Assembly: GCA_963835575.1 (NCBI GenBank)
Contig: CAWIGG010000004.1
Location: 896,001-960,000, forward strand
DNA length: 64,000 nt
Direction: 5' to 3'
From: an uncultured Spirochaetota bacterium
GTDB taxonomy: Bacteria > Spirochaetota > Brevinematia > Brevinematales > JAOACQ01
Below the pieces are notes generated by a model. That model saw nothing but the letters and a program-made list of their open reading frames with translations, ran no database searches and had not been told where the DNA came from. Position 1 is the first letter of the stretch. Every line of letters begins with the position of its first letter. Below, piece after piece: positions 38,680 through 47,192 of the stretch. The translations under genes and the position numbers were made by a program.

Positions 38680-40445
38680 GGCCCTACTGCAAAAACAATC
38701 CTACCGATTCATGTACAAAAGTTGCATAACTCGTTATAATATATGCACATGAATCAGAGAGAGGTCAAAATGTTCAAGCTGAATCAGAGACATATAGAAC
38801 AGGATTTATATCCGGTAAGATATGAAATGAACCAGGAAATGAGAGAAAGTTTAAATGAAAGCTGGGCCGGGCTTTTTTACCAGAAAGTTTTCTCAAAAAT
38901 AAATGAGCGGAAGTTTGCTCCACTATATGACCCAAAACTTGGTAGGAGTAATTTCCCGGTCAACATATTAGCCGGGCTGGAAATCATGAAAGAGCTATTC
39001 TCTCTGACCGATGAACAGTTGTTTGAGCGGTATCGATATGATTTATCGTTTCGATACGCGCTGGGATTGGAAGACATCAACGCGCAGCAGATGTCGATCA
39101 GGACGTTATACTATTTTCGTGCCGCTGTGGCGGAGAATCAGGACGGGCTTTTTGACGTTATATTTGATGAGTTTCGGGATCTTTTAATTGGAGAGGTCGG
39201 GATCAAAACCGGACTGCAGAGGACAGATTCTGTAATGATTGGGGCCAATATCAAGCGGCTGAATCGGGTTATGCTGTTTCATAAAGTGTTGTCCAATATG
39301 GCGGAAGATGTTTCCAATGCTGGATTTTCCTTAAGTGAAAGATGTAAGGATTTTCTAAAACAAAATGAGGACGGATTCAGTTATCGACTGAAAAAGGAGA
39401 ATTACGAATCGAAAACGGTGGAAATTGGCGAGGAAATATTCGGGCTGATTACAGAGAACGTGTTTCACAATAAAGTCAGGAAACAAAAGAGTTTCCGGCA
39501 GGCAATGAGACTTTTGCGGGAACAATGCCGGATAGAAAAAGAAGGCAAGGTGACGCTGAAGCTGCCGCGGGAAATCAAAGCCTCATCGATGCAGTCGCCG
39601 GTGGACGAAGACGCGACCTACCGGGAGAAGCGGGGAAAACAGTATGTCGGGTATAAGGTGAACGCGGTTGAAACCTGTGACCCTCAAAATCCGATGCAGG
39701 TGATTACCAGCATAGAAACCGCATCAAATAATGCTGACGATGGGGATTTATTCCGCAGGCAACTATCTAATTTAAAAAAGGAAACGAATATTGAAACAGC
39801 GATAAGCGATGGCGGTTATAATTCTGAAGACCTTCGGAATGAGAGCGGCGAAGACGTTCAACTGGTAATGAGCGCGATACGCGGCGTCGATCTGGAAGGG
39901 ATAAAAAACAAAGCGAAACTTTCTGAGTATACAGACCCAAAAACCGGCAAATATGGGATGTGTCCGGCGGGAGAAATCCCGAATAGCATTATTGAAAATG
40001 AAGATGGTTCCGTGGTATTGAATTTTGATGTAAAAAAATGTGCCGCCTGCGATAAGAAAGAAAATTGTCTGGCCTGTGTCGGCAAGAAGCAAAGTCGGCT
40101 GGTAATAGACGCCAAAAGGGAATGGATGGATGAATTTTTGGAATTGATATGTATGGATGCAGGAAAATTTCTGATGGGACTACGCCCTGCCGTAGAAGGA
40201 TTGATGAGTTTATTGAAACCAAAGTATTTGAGCGGCAGGATTTTGTTCCGTGGTCTGGTAAAAGTCAAAACCCGCATGCTTTTAAGGGGAATCGGGATTA
40301 ATTTCAAGAGATATCGGGGCTATTTGGCTGATAAATCGAAGGCTGCCGCCGACATGGCCTTTGATTTCTTAATCTTTTTCCTTGTGCGGTTGAAAATTTG
40401 CCGGAATATCCCCTATGCTTGTGTTTGAATTTTTTCAGCAGGGCC
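38680..40445 (+). mobile_element. Insertion sequence (IS5/IS1182-like)
   Basis: Terminal inverted repeats GGCCCT(A/G)CTG(C/A)AAAA and a 6-bp target duplication ATTTAT. Confidence 0.85.
38770..40428 (+). CDS. DDE transposase (IS5/IS1182-like)
   Basis: GRSNFP, FRYALG, RTDS, DEDATYR..GYK, SDGGY, CxxC zinc knuckle, RPAVEG; GAGG RBS before 38770. Confidence 0.85.
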   Translation: MFKLNQRHIEQDLYPVRYEMNQEMRESLNESWAGLFYQKVFSKINERKFAPLYDPKLGRSNFPVNILAGLEIMKELFSLTDEQLFERYRYDLSFRYALGLEDINAQQMSIRTLYYFRAAVAENQDGLFDVIFDEFRDLLIGEVGIKTGLQRTDSVMIGANIKRLNRVMLFHKVLSNMAEDVSNAGFSLSERCKDFLKQNEDGFSYRLKKENYESKTVEIGEEIFGLITENVFHNKVRKQKSFRQAMRLLREQCRIEKEGKVTLKLPREIKASSMQSPVDEDATYREKRGKQYVGYKVNAVETCDPQNPMQVITSIETASNNADDGDLFRRQLSNLKKETNIETAISDGGYNSEDLRNESGEDVQLVMSAIRGVDLEGIKNKAKLSEYTDPKTGKYGMCPAGEIPNSIIENEDGSVVLNFDVKKCAACDKKENCLACVGKKQSRLVIDAKREWMDEFLELICMDAGKFLMGLRPAVEGLMSLLKPKYLSGRILFRGLVKVKTRMLLRGIGINFKRYRGYLADKSKAAADMAFDFLIFFLVRLKICRNIPYACV

Positions 40446-40544
40446 ATTTATCAATCGATTGCGAAATCATTAAAGATTCATTGTTATTTGATTTTTAAAG
40501 AGATTATTTTTAATATTAATGTTTCCGGTAAATGGAGAAGATTA

Positions 40545-41021
40545 ATGAGAAAAATTAGAAACCCTTTTATTCAGATTAAAGGATATAACTGTTTTGCCTG
40601 CGCTCCGCATAATGAACATGGCCTTCGTATGGAATTTTATGAGGACGGCGATGAAGTGGCCGCGGTCTGGGAGCCGCGGGCTCATTTTCAGGGATACGGC
40701 AATATTCTGCATGGCGGTATTCAGGCAAGCCTTATGGATGAGCTGGCCGCATGGTATGTTTATGTCAAATTAAATACTGCGGGCGTCACTTCACAGATGG
40801 AAGTCAAATTTAAAAAGCCGGTATACACGAATGCCGGCCCGGTCAAAATCAGGGCAGTTTTAAAGGAAATGAATAAAAAAATCGCTATTATTTCAGCGGC
40901 AATTTCAGACCAATCGGGGACGGTCTGTTCGGAGGCGCTTGTTTCTTACTTTACTTTTCCCGAGGAGATAGCAAAAAAAAGGCTTTATTATCCCGGGCGG
41001 GACGCTTTTTTTGAAAAATAA
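40545..41021 (+). CDS. PaaI-family (hotdog-fold) thioesterase
   Basis: CFAC..N..GL, QGY..LHGG..MDE. Confidence 0.88.
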   Translation: MRKIRNPFIQIKGYNCFACAPHNEHGLRMEFYEDGDEVAAVWEPRAHFQGYGNILHGGIQASLMDELAAWYVYVKLNTAGVTSQMEVKFKKPVYTNAGPVKIRAVLKEMNKKIAIISAAISDQSGTVCSEALVSYFTFPEEIAKKRLYYPGRDAFFEK

Positions 41022-41037
41022 AATGACGGAGGTTTTT

Positions 41038-41337
41038 ATGGCCGAGCATCCTCTCAGTGCCATGATGAGAATTGACCCGAAATTTATGGACAATTTAAAA
41101 AACATGGAAGAGCTGGTTTATAATGACGGGGCCCTGCCCAGGAAGATCAAACTGCTTATAGCCATGGCTTTTGACGCGGCGCATGGCGCGGATATGGGCG
41201 TCAAATCGCTCTCAATCGCCGCCCAGAAAGCGGGAGCTACTAAAGAGGAAATCGCCGAGGTGTTGAGAGTGACATTTCTTCTTACAGGCGTAGGGAGCCT
41301 CTATACAGCTTCCCAGGGGCTGAAGGATTTGCCTTAA
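41038..41337 (+). CDS. Carboxymuconolactone decarboxylase (CMD/AhpD-like) family protein
   Basis: GALPRKIKLLIA..GATKEEIAE; no CxxC. Confidence 0.8.
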   Translation: MAEHPLSAMMRIDPKFMDNLKNMEELVYNDGALPRKIKLLIAMAFDAAHGADMGVKSLSIAAQKAGATKEEIAEVLRVTFLLTGVGSLYTASQGLKDLP

Positions 41338-41559
41338 TAAGGCAGCCTCTTTTAGTTAATAATGAATTAATTACTTTTTTTGTCAACTGATGCTATAATA
41401 ATACCGGTAATTGAACAGGCATATTGTTTAATAAATTTCTTGTATTGTGCGGTTTATCTCTTTTACGGATCATTATCCTGCCGGGGATTGCGGGGTTTTC
41501 TTCCTGGAATAGGCAAAATAGCGCATGATAGTTAATAACATCAGATTACCGATAATAAT

Positions 41560-42231
41560 ATGAGCGGGACTATTATGGATATATTTGCTGTCATTATAGA
41601 TTTTTTCTCCAATCTTGAAACGGAAATGGACTTTCTTATTTTTAATCATGGAATTCTGACTTACTTTCTATTATTCCTTGTTATATTCTGCCTGACTGCC
41701 TTTATATTCGCGACTTTTATTCCGGGAGATTCAATCCTGTTTGCCACCGGCGCTCTGGTTTCAGGCGGTTCCCTGGATTGGTATATTTTGATTCCTGTTT
41801 TAATAGCGGCGGCTTTTCTGGGAAACACCTGCAATTACTGGATCGGATATTTTATCGAGGAAAGGGCCTTTCACAGCAGTAAATCAAAAATCTTTAATAA
41901 AGGAAATTTATTGAAAGCGCATCGATTTTATGAGAAATACGGCAGGTTAACTATTATTATTTCTCAATTTGTTCCCTTTGTGAGATCTTTCGCGCCTTTT
42001 GTCGCGGGTATTGCCAGGATGAATTTTAAGGACTTTTTGTTTAACAATTTAATCGGCGGGATTTTATGGGTCTCTACATTCTGCGTTGCCGGAATATTAT
42101 TGGGTAATATCCCGTTTTTAAGAGAAAACTCCCTTTTCTTTATTTCAATTTTATTTGTGTTCTCTCTTATTTTATTCCCGGTCATTGTCCTTATCCTGAG
42201 GAAATTAAAGAAATCCGCAAAATCCGGATAA
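41560..42231 (+). CDS. dedA: DedA/VTT-domain membrane protein
   Basis: PGDSILF, FYEKYG, FVPFVRSFAPFVAG. Confidence 0.88.
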   Translation: MSGTIMDIFAVIIDFFSNLETEMDFLIFNHGILTYFLLFLVIFCLTAFIFATFIPGDSILFATGALVSGGSLDWYILIPVLIAAAFLGNTCNYWIGYFIEERAFHSSKSKIFNKGNLLKAHRFYEKYGRLTIIISQFVPFVRSFAPFVAGIARMNFKDFLFNNLIGGILWVSTFCVAGILLGNIPFLRENSLFFISILFVFSLILFPVIVLILRKLKKSAKSG

Positions 42232-42463
42232 AAATTGGAAGATTGATTTTTCTTTACCATCATAACTAATCCAATAGATCAAATCATAAAACATTTATCC
42301 TGGTTGTTTTTGGAACCGCCATCAATTAAACGGAAATCGTATCTTATAATCATTAATTTGAATATCAGGATAATGATTGATATCCTTCAAATCTTGACAT
42401 AATCCCTCAGTCAGGATAATCTACAATCAAATTGATAACACATTCGGGAATAAGGGGTTAACA

Positions 42464-43591
42464 ATGAAGAAAAATAAGGATGTCAGGCGTTATCTTGGAT
42501 ATCTTCGTTCGGAAGAGGATGCTGTCATACTTTACGGCCGGCTTGCTGAAGCGGAACAGAACCCCGATCTGAAAGCGATTTATGTCAAGCTGGCTGAAAA
42601 TGAAAAAAAACATGCGAAAGTCTGGGCGGATAAACTTACTAACGCAGGAGCAAAAGCGCCGAAATTCAAGCCCGGTTTCAAAACAAGGATTTTCGGATGG
42701 CTGGCCTCAAAAATGGGCCCCGCTTTTATTCTCCCGGTTCTTGCCGGGATCGAAAAGAAAACCGCCTCGGGATATAACGGCCAGCTGGATGCCGAAGCCG
42801 TCAATATGCCGGCCGACGAGAGATCGCATGCGCGGATTTTCAGCTATCTTGCGCAGACCTCAAACGGCGTTAAGGGCAGCGATCTTGCGCGGTTCGAAGG
42901 CGGCCACCGCGCCGGCGGAGGCAACGCCCTCCGGGCGGCCGTGCTGGGCGCGAACGACGGGCTTGTTTCGGTTTTCTGCCTGGTGATGGGCGTCGCGGGG
43001 GCCGGAGTAAAAGCGCAGAATATTCTTGTAACAGGCCTGGCAGGTCTTCTGGCAGGCGCTCTTTCAATGGCGCTGGGCGAATGGCTTTCCGTACAGAGTT
43101 CCCGGGAGCTGTATAAGCATCAGCTGAATATTGAACAGGATGAACTTAATGAATCCCCGGAAGAGGAAAAAGAGGAATTGGCGCTGATTTACCAGGCCAA
43201 AGGAATAAAAGCAAAAGAGGCGAAAAAACTTGCCGAACGTTTGATTTCCGAACCGGGAACGGCGCTGGACACACTGGCCAGGGAGGAGCTCGGTATTGAC
43301 TCTAAAGAGCTCGGCGGTTCCGCATGGGTAGCGGCCATCACTTCTTTCATACTTTTTTCTATCGGCGCGGCCATACCTGTCGTACCATATATTTTTTTTA
43401 CGGGCAGGGACGGCATCATTATGAGCGCGGTATTCAGCGCGGCGGGTTTATTCATTATAGGCGCTTTTATAACTCTTATGACAGGCAAGAATCCATGGCT
43501 CTCCGGTCTGCGTCAGGTCTTGTTCGGCCTGGCAACGGCGGCGGTGACCTATGTTGTAGGATGGATTATCGGTGTTAATTTATTGAGGTAA
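42464..43591 (+). CDS. Ferritin/rubrerythrin-like domain fused to a VIT1/CCC1 transporter
   Basis: N-terminal ExxH motifs (EKKH, ERSH); LRAAVLGANDGLVS, ALSMALGEW, REELG. Confidence 0.9.
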   Translation: MKKNKDVRRYLGYLRSEEDAVILYGRLAEAEQNPDLKAIYVKLAENEKKHAKVWADKLTNAGAKAPKFKPGFKTRIFGWLASKMGPAFILPVLAGIEKKTASGYNGQLDAEAVNMPADERSHARIFSYLAQTSNGVKGSDLARFEGGHRAGGGNALRAAVLGANDGLVSVFCLVMGVAGAGVKAQNILVTGLAGLLAGALSMALGEWLSVQSSRELYKHQLNIEQDELNESPEEEKEELALIYQAKGIKAKEAKKLAERLISEPGTALDTLAREELGIDSKELGGSAWVAAITSFILFSIGAAIPVVPYIFFTGRDGIIMSAVFSAAGLFIIGAFITLMTGKNPWLSGLRQVLFGLATAAVTYVVGWIIGVNLLR

Positions 43592-43620
43592 ATCTGCTGT
43601 TAGCGAAATATTGAAGTTAT

Positions 43621-44139
43621 TTATATGGCAGGAAGCCTGGATTTGAAGCCGGAATAAAGCTCTTCATAACTATTAAATTTTATTGACATTCGGCCCGCAA
43701 TGTTTTCATTTTTGTATTTCTTTTTGATGGAAGCCCTGATCCGGATAAGATTTTTTATATCATCAAGCAAGCTTATATCTGACATCTTTATATAGATCCA
43801 CTTTCCTTCGATTATATATGTGGTTTCCCGGATTGTCTTGATAATTTGACCGTTCTTGATTATTAATAAAGCCTCTTTTACCTGCTCTGCATTAAGTATT
43901 ATCTGCGCGGTAAATGCATTATCTGAAGGATAGAGCGCGATGAGCGATTTTCCGGATTTATTAAAGCGGAGCGCCCAGCCGAAATTTTTCCCGTAGAACT
44001 TGTATTCCCCTTTTATTTTATAGGTTGAATCGATATAATTGATTAACTCATCCCAGGCAGGTTTTATTCCTGAAAGGGCTGTGGAAATTTCTTGATAATC
44101 CGGTTTTACTTTCCGGTCAGTAAATAATCCCTTTGGCAT
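43621..44139 (-). CDS. DUF3788-like protein
   Basis: YGKNFGWALRF.KSGKSL..LYP and EGKW pattern. Confidence 0.7.
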   Translation of the reverse strand: MPKGLFTDRKVKPDYQEISTALSGIKPAWDELINYIDSTYKIKGEYKFYGKNFGWALRFNKSGKSLIALYPSDNAFTAQIILNAEQVKEALLIIKNGQIIKTIRETTYIIEGKWIYIKMSDISLLDDIKNLIRIRASIKKKYKNENIAGRMSIKFNSYEELYSGFKSRLPAI

Positions 44140-44174
44140 CTTATTATCCTGCTTGAATTGATTTTATATATTAT

Positions 44175-44338
44175 GGGCAGTTCTAAAAACTCATATTTTT
44201 AGAACTGCCGACATTGTTTTGATTCATGCAACTGCTAAGTTTGCTTTGCAAACTCCACGCAGTAGCGTCATTTACATTAACCAAAAAGTTTTTATAACCG
44301 GGGCAGTTCCTAAAAACTTAAGGTTTTTGGAACTGCCC
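44175..44338. repeat. Double-hairpin palindromic element (MITE-like)
   Basis: Two ggcagttc..aaaaac/gttttt..gaactgcc hairpins whose outer ends also form an inverted repeat; half copies near 35606-35620 and 42306-42320. Confidence 0.75.
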
Positions 44339-44437
44339 TTATATCACTTGTGTCCAAATAAGAATTAATAAAAAAAGGGATTAGTAATTTGTAAGCTTTA
44401 AAACTTTTCAAAAAGCTTTATGTATAGACCCCAATTT

Positions 44438-44528
44438 CTCACGGATTGACACGGAAGAAGCGGATTATCGCGGATTAGAAAGAATTAATTACTTTATGAT
44501 CAATACAATCCGCGTAAATCCGCATCAG
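44438..44528. repeat. 9-nt-period inverted-repeat hairpin
   Basis: cacggattga-cacggaaga-agcggatta-tcgcggatt ... aatccgcgt-aaatccgc. Confidence 0.75.
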
Positions 44529-44804
44529 ATTATTAAATACCGCACTTTTTTTATTATTATAAACAATACTTGTATGCGCGCCTCTCCCGGCAAAAGCGGC
44601 GGAATGCGCCGCGGATTCCCGTTCAGAGCCTTCTGCTTTTATAGAACTGCCGGAAGAGGAAGCGCTGGTAATTGAACTGCTCATGTTAGTGTTATTGATA
44701 TCGTCCTTGAAAGTCCGGTCCAGAATATCACAGCCTGAAAACCAGATAACCCCTGCTGCAAGAAAAGTTATTAAAAAATAGAAAGAGATAATTTTCACTG
44801 ACAT
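44475..44804 (-). pseudogene. Truncated Kelch-repeat lipoprotein
   Basis: AGGAGG RBS, lipobox FSGC, Ser-rich linker and one Kelch-like start (AAFAGRGAHTSIVYNNK); the frame then runs into the repeat arm. Confidence 0.6.
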
Positions 44805-45200
44805 GGCGGCCTCCTGGAATTTTCAAATTGCTTAAGCTTTACTTATAATACGTTTTAAAGAACTGTATTTTGTTAAAATTCAATAATTATTTTTCAATCT
44901 TTTTTCTTGAAATCCGTTTCATGTGTCATTATGATATTAAATAAGCTAAAGGCGGTTCCGATATATTTAAAAAAATGTTTATATAAAGTATTCCATGGTA
45001 TAATATTAATTAAAGTATAAAAAAGAAATGAATGATGCCAATAATCGAAATGAAAAAAAGACTTGATCCGGTATCGGGAAAGAACAAATCCCGGATAGAT
45101 TAAAAATAGCAGGGTGGTTTTTGGGGACGCCCTTAATTTATTTTTTAAACGTATGATGAACTGTATTCAACAATTATTATTAACGGAGCGAGGCTGGCCC

Positions 45201-46556
45201 ATGCGTTTCAATTACCGCTTTGTTTTATTAATAGCGGCATTTTTTATCCTGTTTGCTTCCGAGTTGCGGCCTTATAATATATCCGCGAAAAACACCCTTG
45301 TCGCGGGCTTTATCAACCGGGGTGATGAGAGCGATGATAACATTAATCCAATTATTACAAAGTCGCTTATTACTTTTCTTGCCAAGCTTCCCGGGGTGGA
45401 GATTACGTCCTATCCGGATTTAGAAAGGATTTCGTTAAGCAACGGTTTCTGGAAATCCGGGAAAATCAATATTGACGCCGCTTTGCAGATGGCGCAGAAC
45501 CTGAATGCCGATCATTTGATCGTCGGCGATTATAAAGTCAACGGCATAACAAAAAGGATTCAGATCAATCTCTTCGCTTATGATGTTATTACAGGAAAAT
45601 TGCTGCTCAAGCGGACTATAACAGGCTCGACCGGCCTGGAACTCTTTGACGCGATTGATACGATCAAAAAAAATATCAGCGGCCTTCTTTTCGGCAAGGA
45701 TTTATCTTTTGGAAAAATAAGCCTGGAAATCAACGGTACTTCCAGATCATATAAAGTTTATGCCGGCGGTAAATTTATTAGTGAAGTATCAAACCGGAAC
45801 GGTTTTGAAGACCAGTTTATAGCCGGTGAAGAGATGGAAATTTCACTCCGCCTGGCGGAATCCGGCAAAGAGGTTTTAAGGGAATCATTTGTTTTGAATA
45901 AGAATGAAAAGAAAAGCATCATTTATCAGCCCTCCGGCAGCATCATTGTCAAATCAATGGCAGATCAGTCTCTTATTTATCTTGACAATAAGGAGATCGG
46001 GAAAATTAACCGGGATGAAAGCATAACAATCCCCGGCGTGACGGCGGATACCGATCATATTGTCGGTTTAAAAAAAGAAAGCCGGATCGAAGATGTAAAA
46101 AAAGTAAACATTCCTGAAGGAGAAACAGAGATAGTGATAATCGGGGCGAAAAAAGCGGATATCATTTCCTACAAAAACACGCTTCCGCTTATGGATCTGG
46201 CTATCCCCGGCTTTGCGCAGTATCAGGCCGGAGACGGATGGATGGGAACGCTTTTTCTAACGCTGGGTATTGGAGGGGCCGGTCTGACCTTGTTTTCCGA
46301 AATTGCGTACGGGAAAAGCTATTCCAAGTATCAAATTGCGGAAGGCGATATAAAAGCGCTTTATTACAGCGATTCGCAATTCTGGCAGGTTTTAAGCATT
46401 ACCGGCATCTGTTTATGGGCCGGTTCCGCTGTTGTATCAGTATTTCATGCGTATACACAGCCCGGTTTTGGTTTACAGAAAAATGATGAAAATTACTACT
46501 GGGCCTGCGCTTTAATAGACGGCGGAATGGAATTGAGGATCGCCGGGCGGTTTTAA
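45201..46556 (+). CDS. Exported protein: TolB-N/CsgG-like N-terminus, PEGA-like middle, hydrophobic hairpin, C-terminal Phe
   Basis: Signal peptide; A..LNADHLIVGDY; IPGFAQYQAGD; ends MELRIAGRF. Confidence 0.6.
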   Translation: MRFNYRFVLLIAAFFILFASELRPYNISAKNTLVAGFINRGDESDDNINPIITKSLITFLAKLPGVEITSYPDLERISLSNGFWKSGKINIDAALQMAQNLNADHLIVGDYKVNGITKRIQINLFAYDVITGKLLLKRTITGSTGLELFDAIDTIKKNISGLLFGKDLSFGKISLEINGTSRSYKVYAGGKFISEVSNRNGFEDQFIAGEEMEISLRLAESGKEVLRESFVLNKNEKKSIIYQPSGSIIVKSMADQSLIYLDNKEIGKINRDESITIPGVTADTDHIVGLKKESRIEDVKKVNIPEGETEIVIIGAKKADIISYKNTLPLMDLAIPGFAQYQAGDGWMGTLFLTLGIGGAGLTLFSEIAYGKSYSKYQIAEGDIKALYYSDSQFWQVLSITGICLWAGSAVVSVFHAYTQPGFGLQKNDENYYWACALIDGGMELRIAGRF

Positions 46557-46607
46557 TAAATCGATTTATTACCGGCCGGGGTTTTTAAATAAAAATATGG
46601 ATTTATC

Positions 46608-47192
46608 ATGTCTTTAAAAACTATATCTGACGAAGAAATAGTGGCCCGCCTCTGTGATTTATCCACTGCTGAAGAGACATATAGTCCGGTTGAACAGCAG
46701 TATATGGAAGAACTCTATAGCAGGTATTATAAACAGGCTTATAATCTGTCCCGTTATTATGGGTTGAAACATAATGACGCGGAAGACGCGGTTCAGGAAG
46801 TGTTTGTAAAATTATTCACTTCTACAAAAACATTTCACGGCGGCAAAAAATTCAAACCCTGGTTTTTTAAAATGGTGCTTAATAAAACGAGGGATAAGTT
46901 CCGTTATCTTAATAGATTGGCTTATAGAGACATTGAGACAATGACCGACCTTGCTGATGATAAAAAAAATATTTTTGAAAACTTTCAAATTAGGGAGGGT
47001 CTCAATCGTATTATTAATAGGATCCCTGAGAAGTTCAGGAATATTCTGGTCCTTGATGCGTTCGGCAGGCTGGATTATAAAGAAATAGCAAAAATGGAAG
47101 GGATCAGTTCGAGAGAGGTTTATTACAGGCTTGATCGCGCTTATGATTTGCTGAAAAAAGAGGCGGAGGGAGATTATGAGTCCCTTACTTAA
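46608..47192 (+). CDS. ECF RNA polymerase sigma factor
   Basis: DAEDAVQEVFVK, FKPWF, YKEIA..V.YRL.RA. Confidence 0.9.
   Translation: MSLKTISDEEIVARLCDLSTAEETYSPVEQQYMEELYSRYYKQAYNLSRYYGLKHNDAEDAVQEVFVKLFTSTKTFHGGKKFKPWFFKMVLNKTRDKFRYLNRLAYRDIETMTDLADDKKNIFENFQIREGLNRIINRIPEKFRNILVLDAFGRLDYKEIAKMEGISSREVYYRLDRAYDLLKKEAEGDYESLT

Noticed and set aside
35634..40445. Composite transposon carrying the lipoprotein gene
   Set aside because: The two IS elements belong to different families and each has its own target-site duplication.
42368..42445. Fur box upstream of the VIT1 fusion gene
   Set aside because: GATAATGATTGATATCCTT matches the 19-bp consensus at only about 12 positions in AT-rich DNA; plausible but unsupported.
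44845..44880. ECF-type promoter (AAC...CGT) before the Kelch remnant
   Set aside because: The 19-nt spacing is atypical and the motif is not repeated upstream of the other lipoprotein genes.
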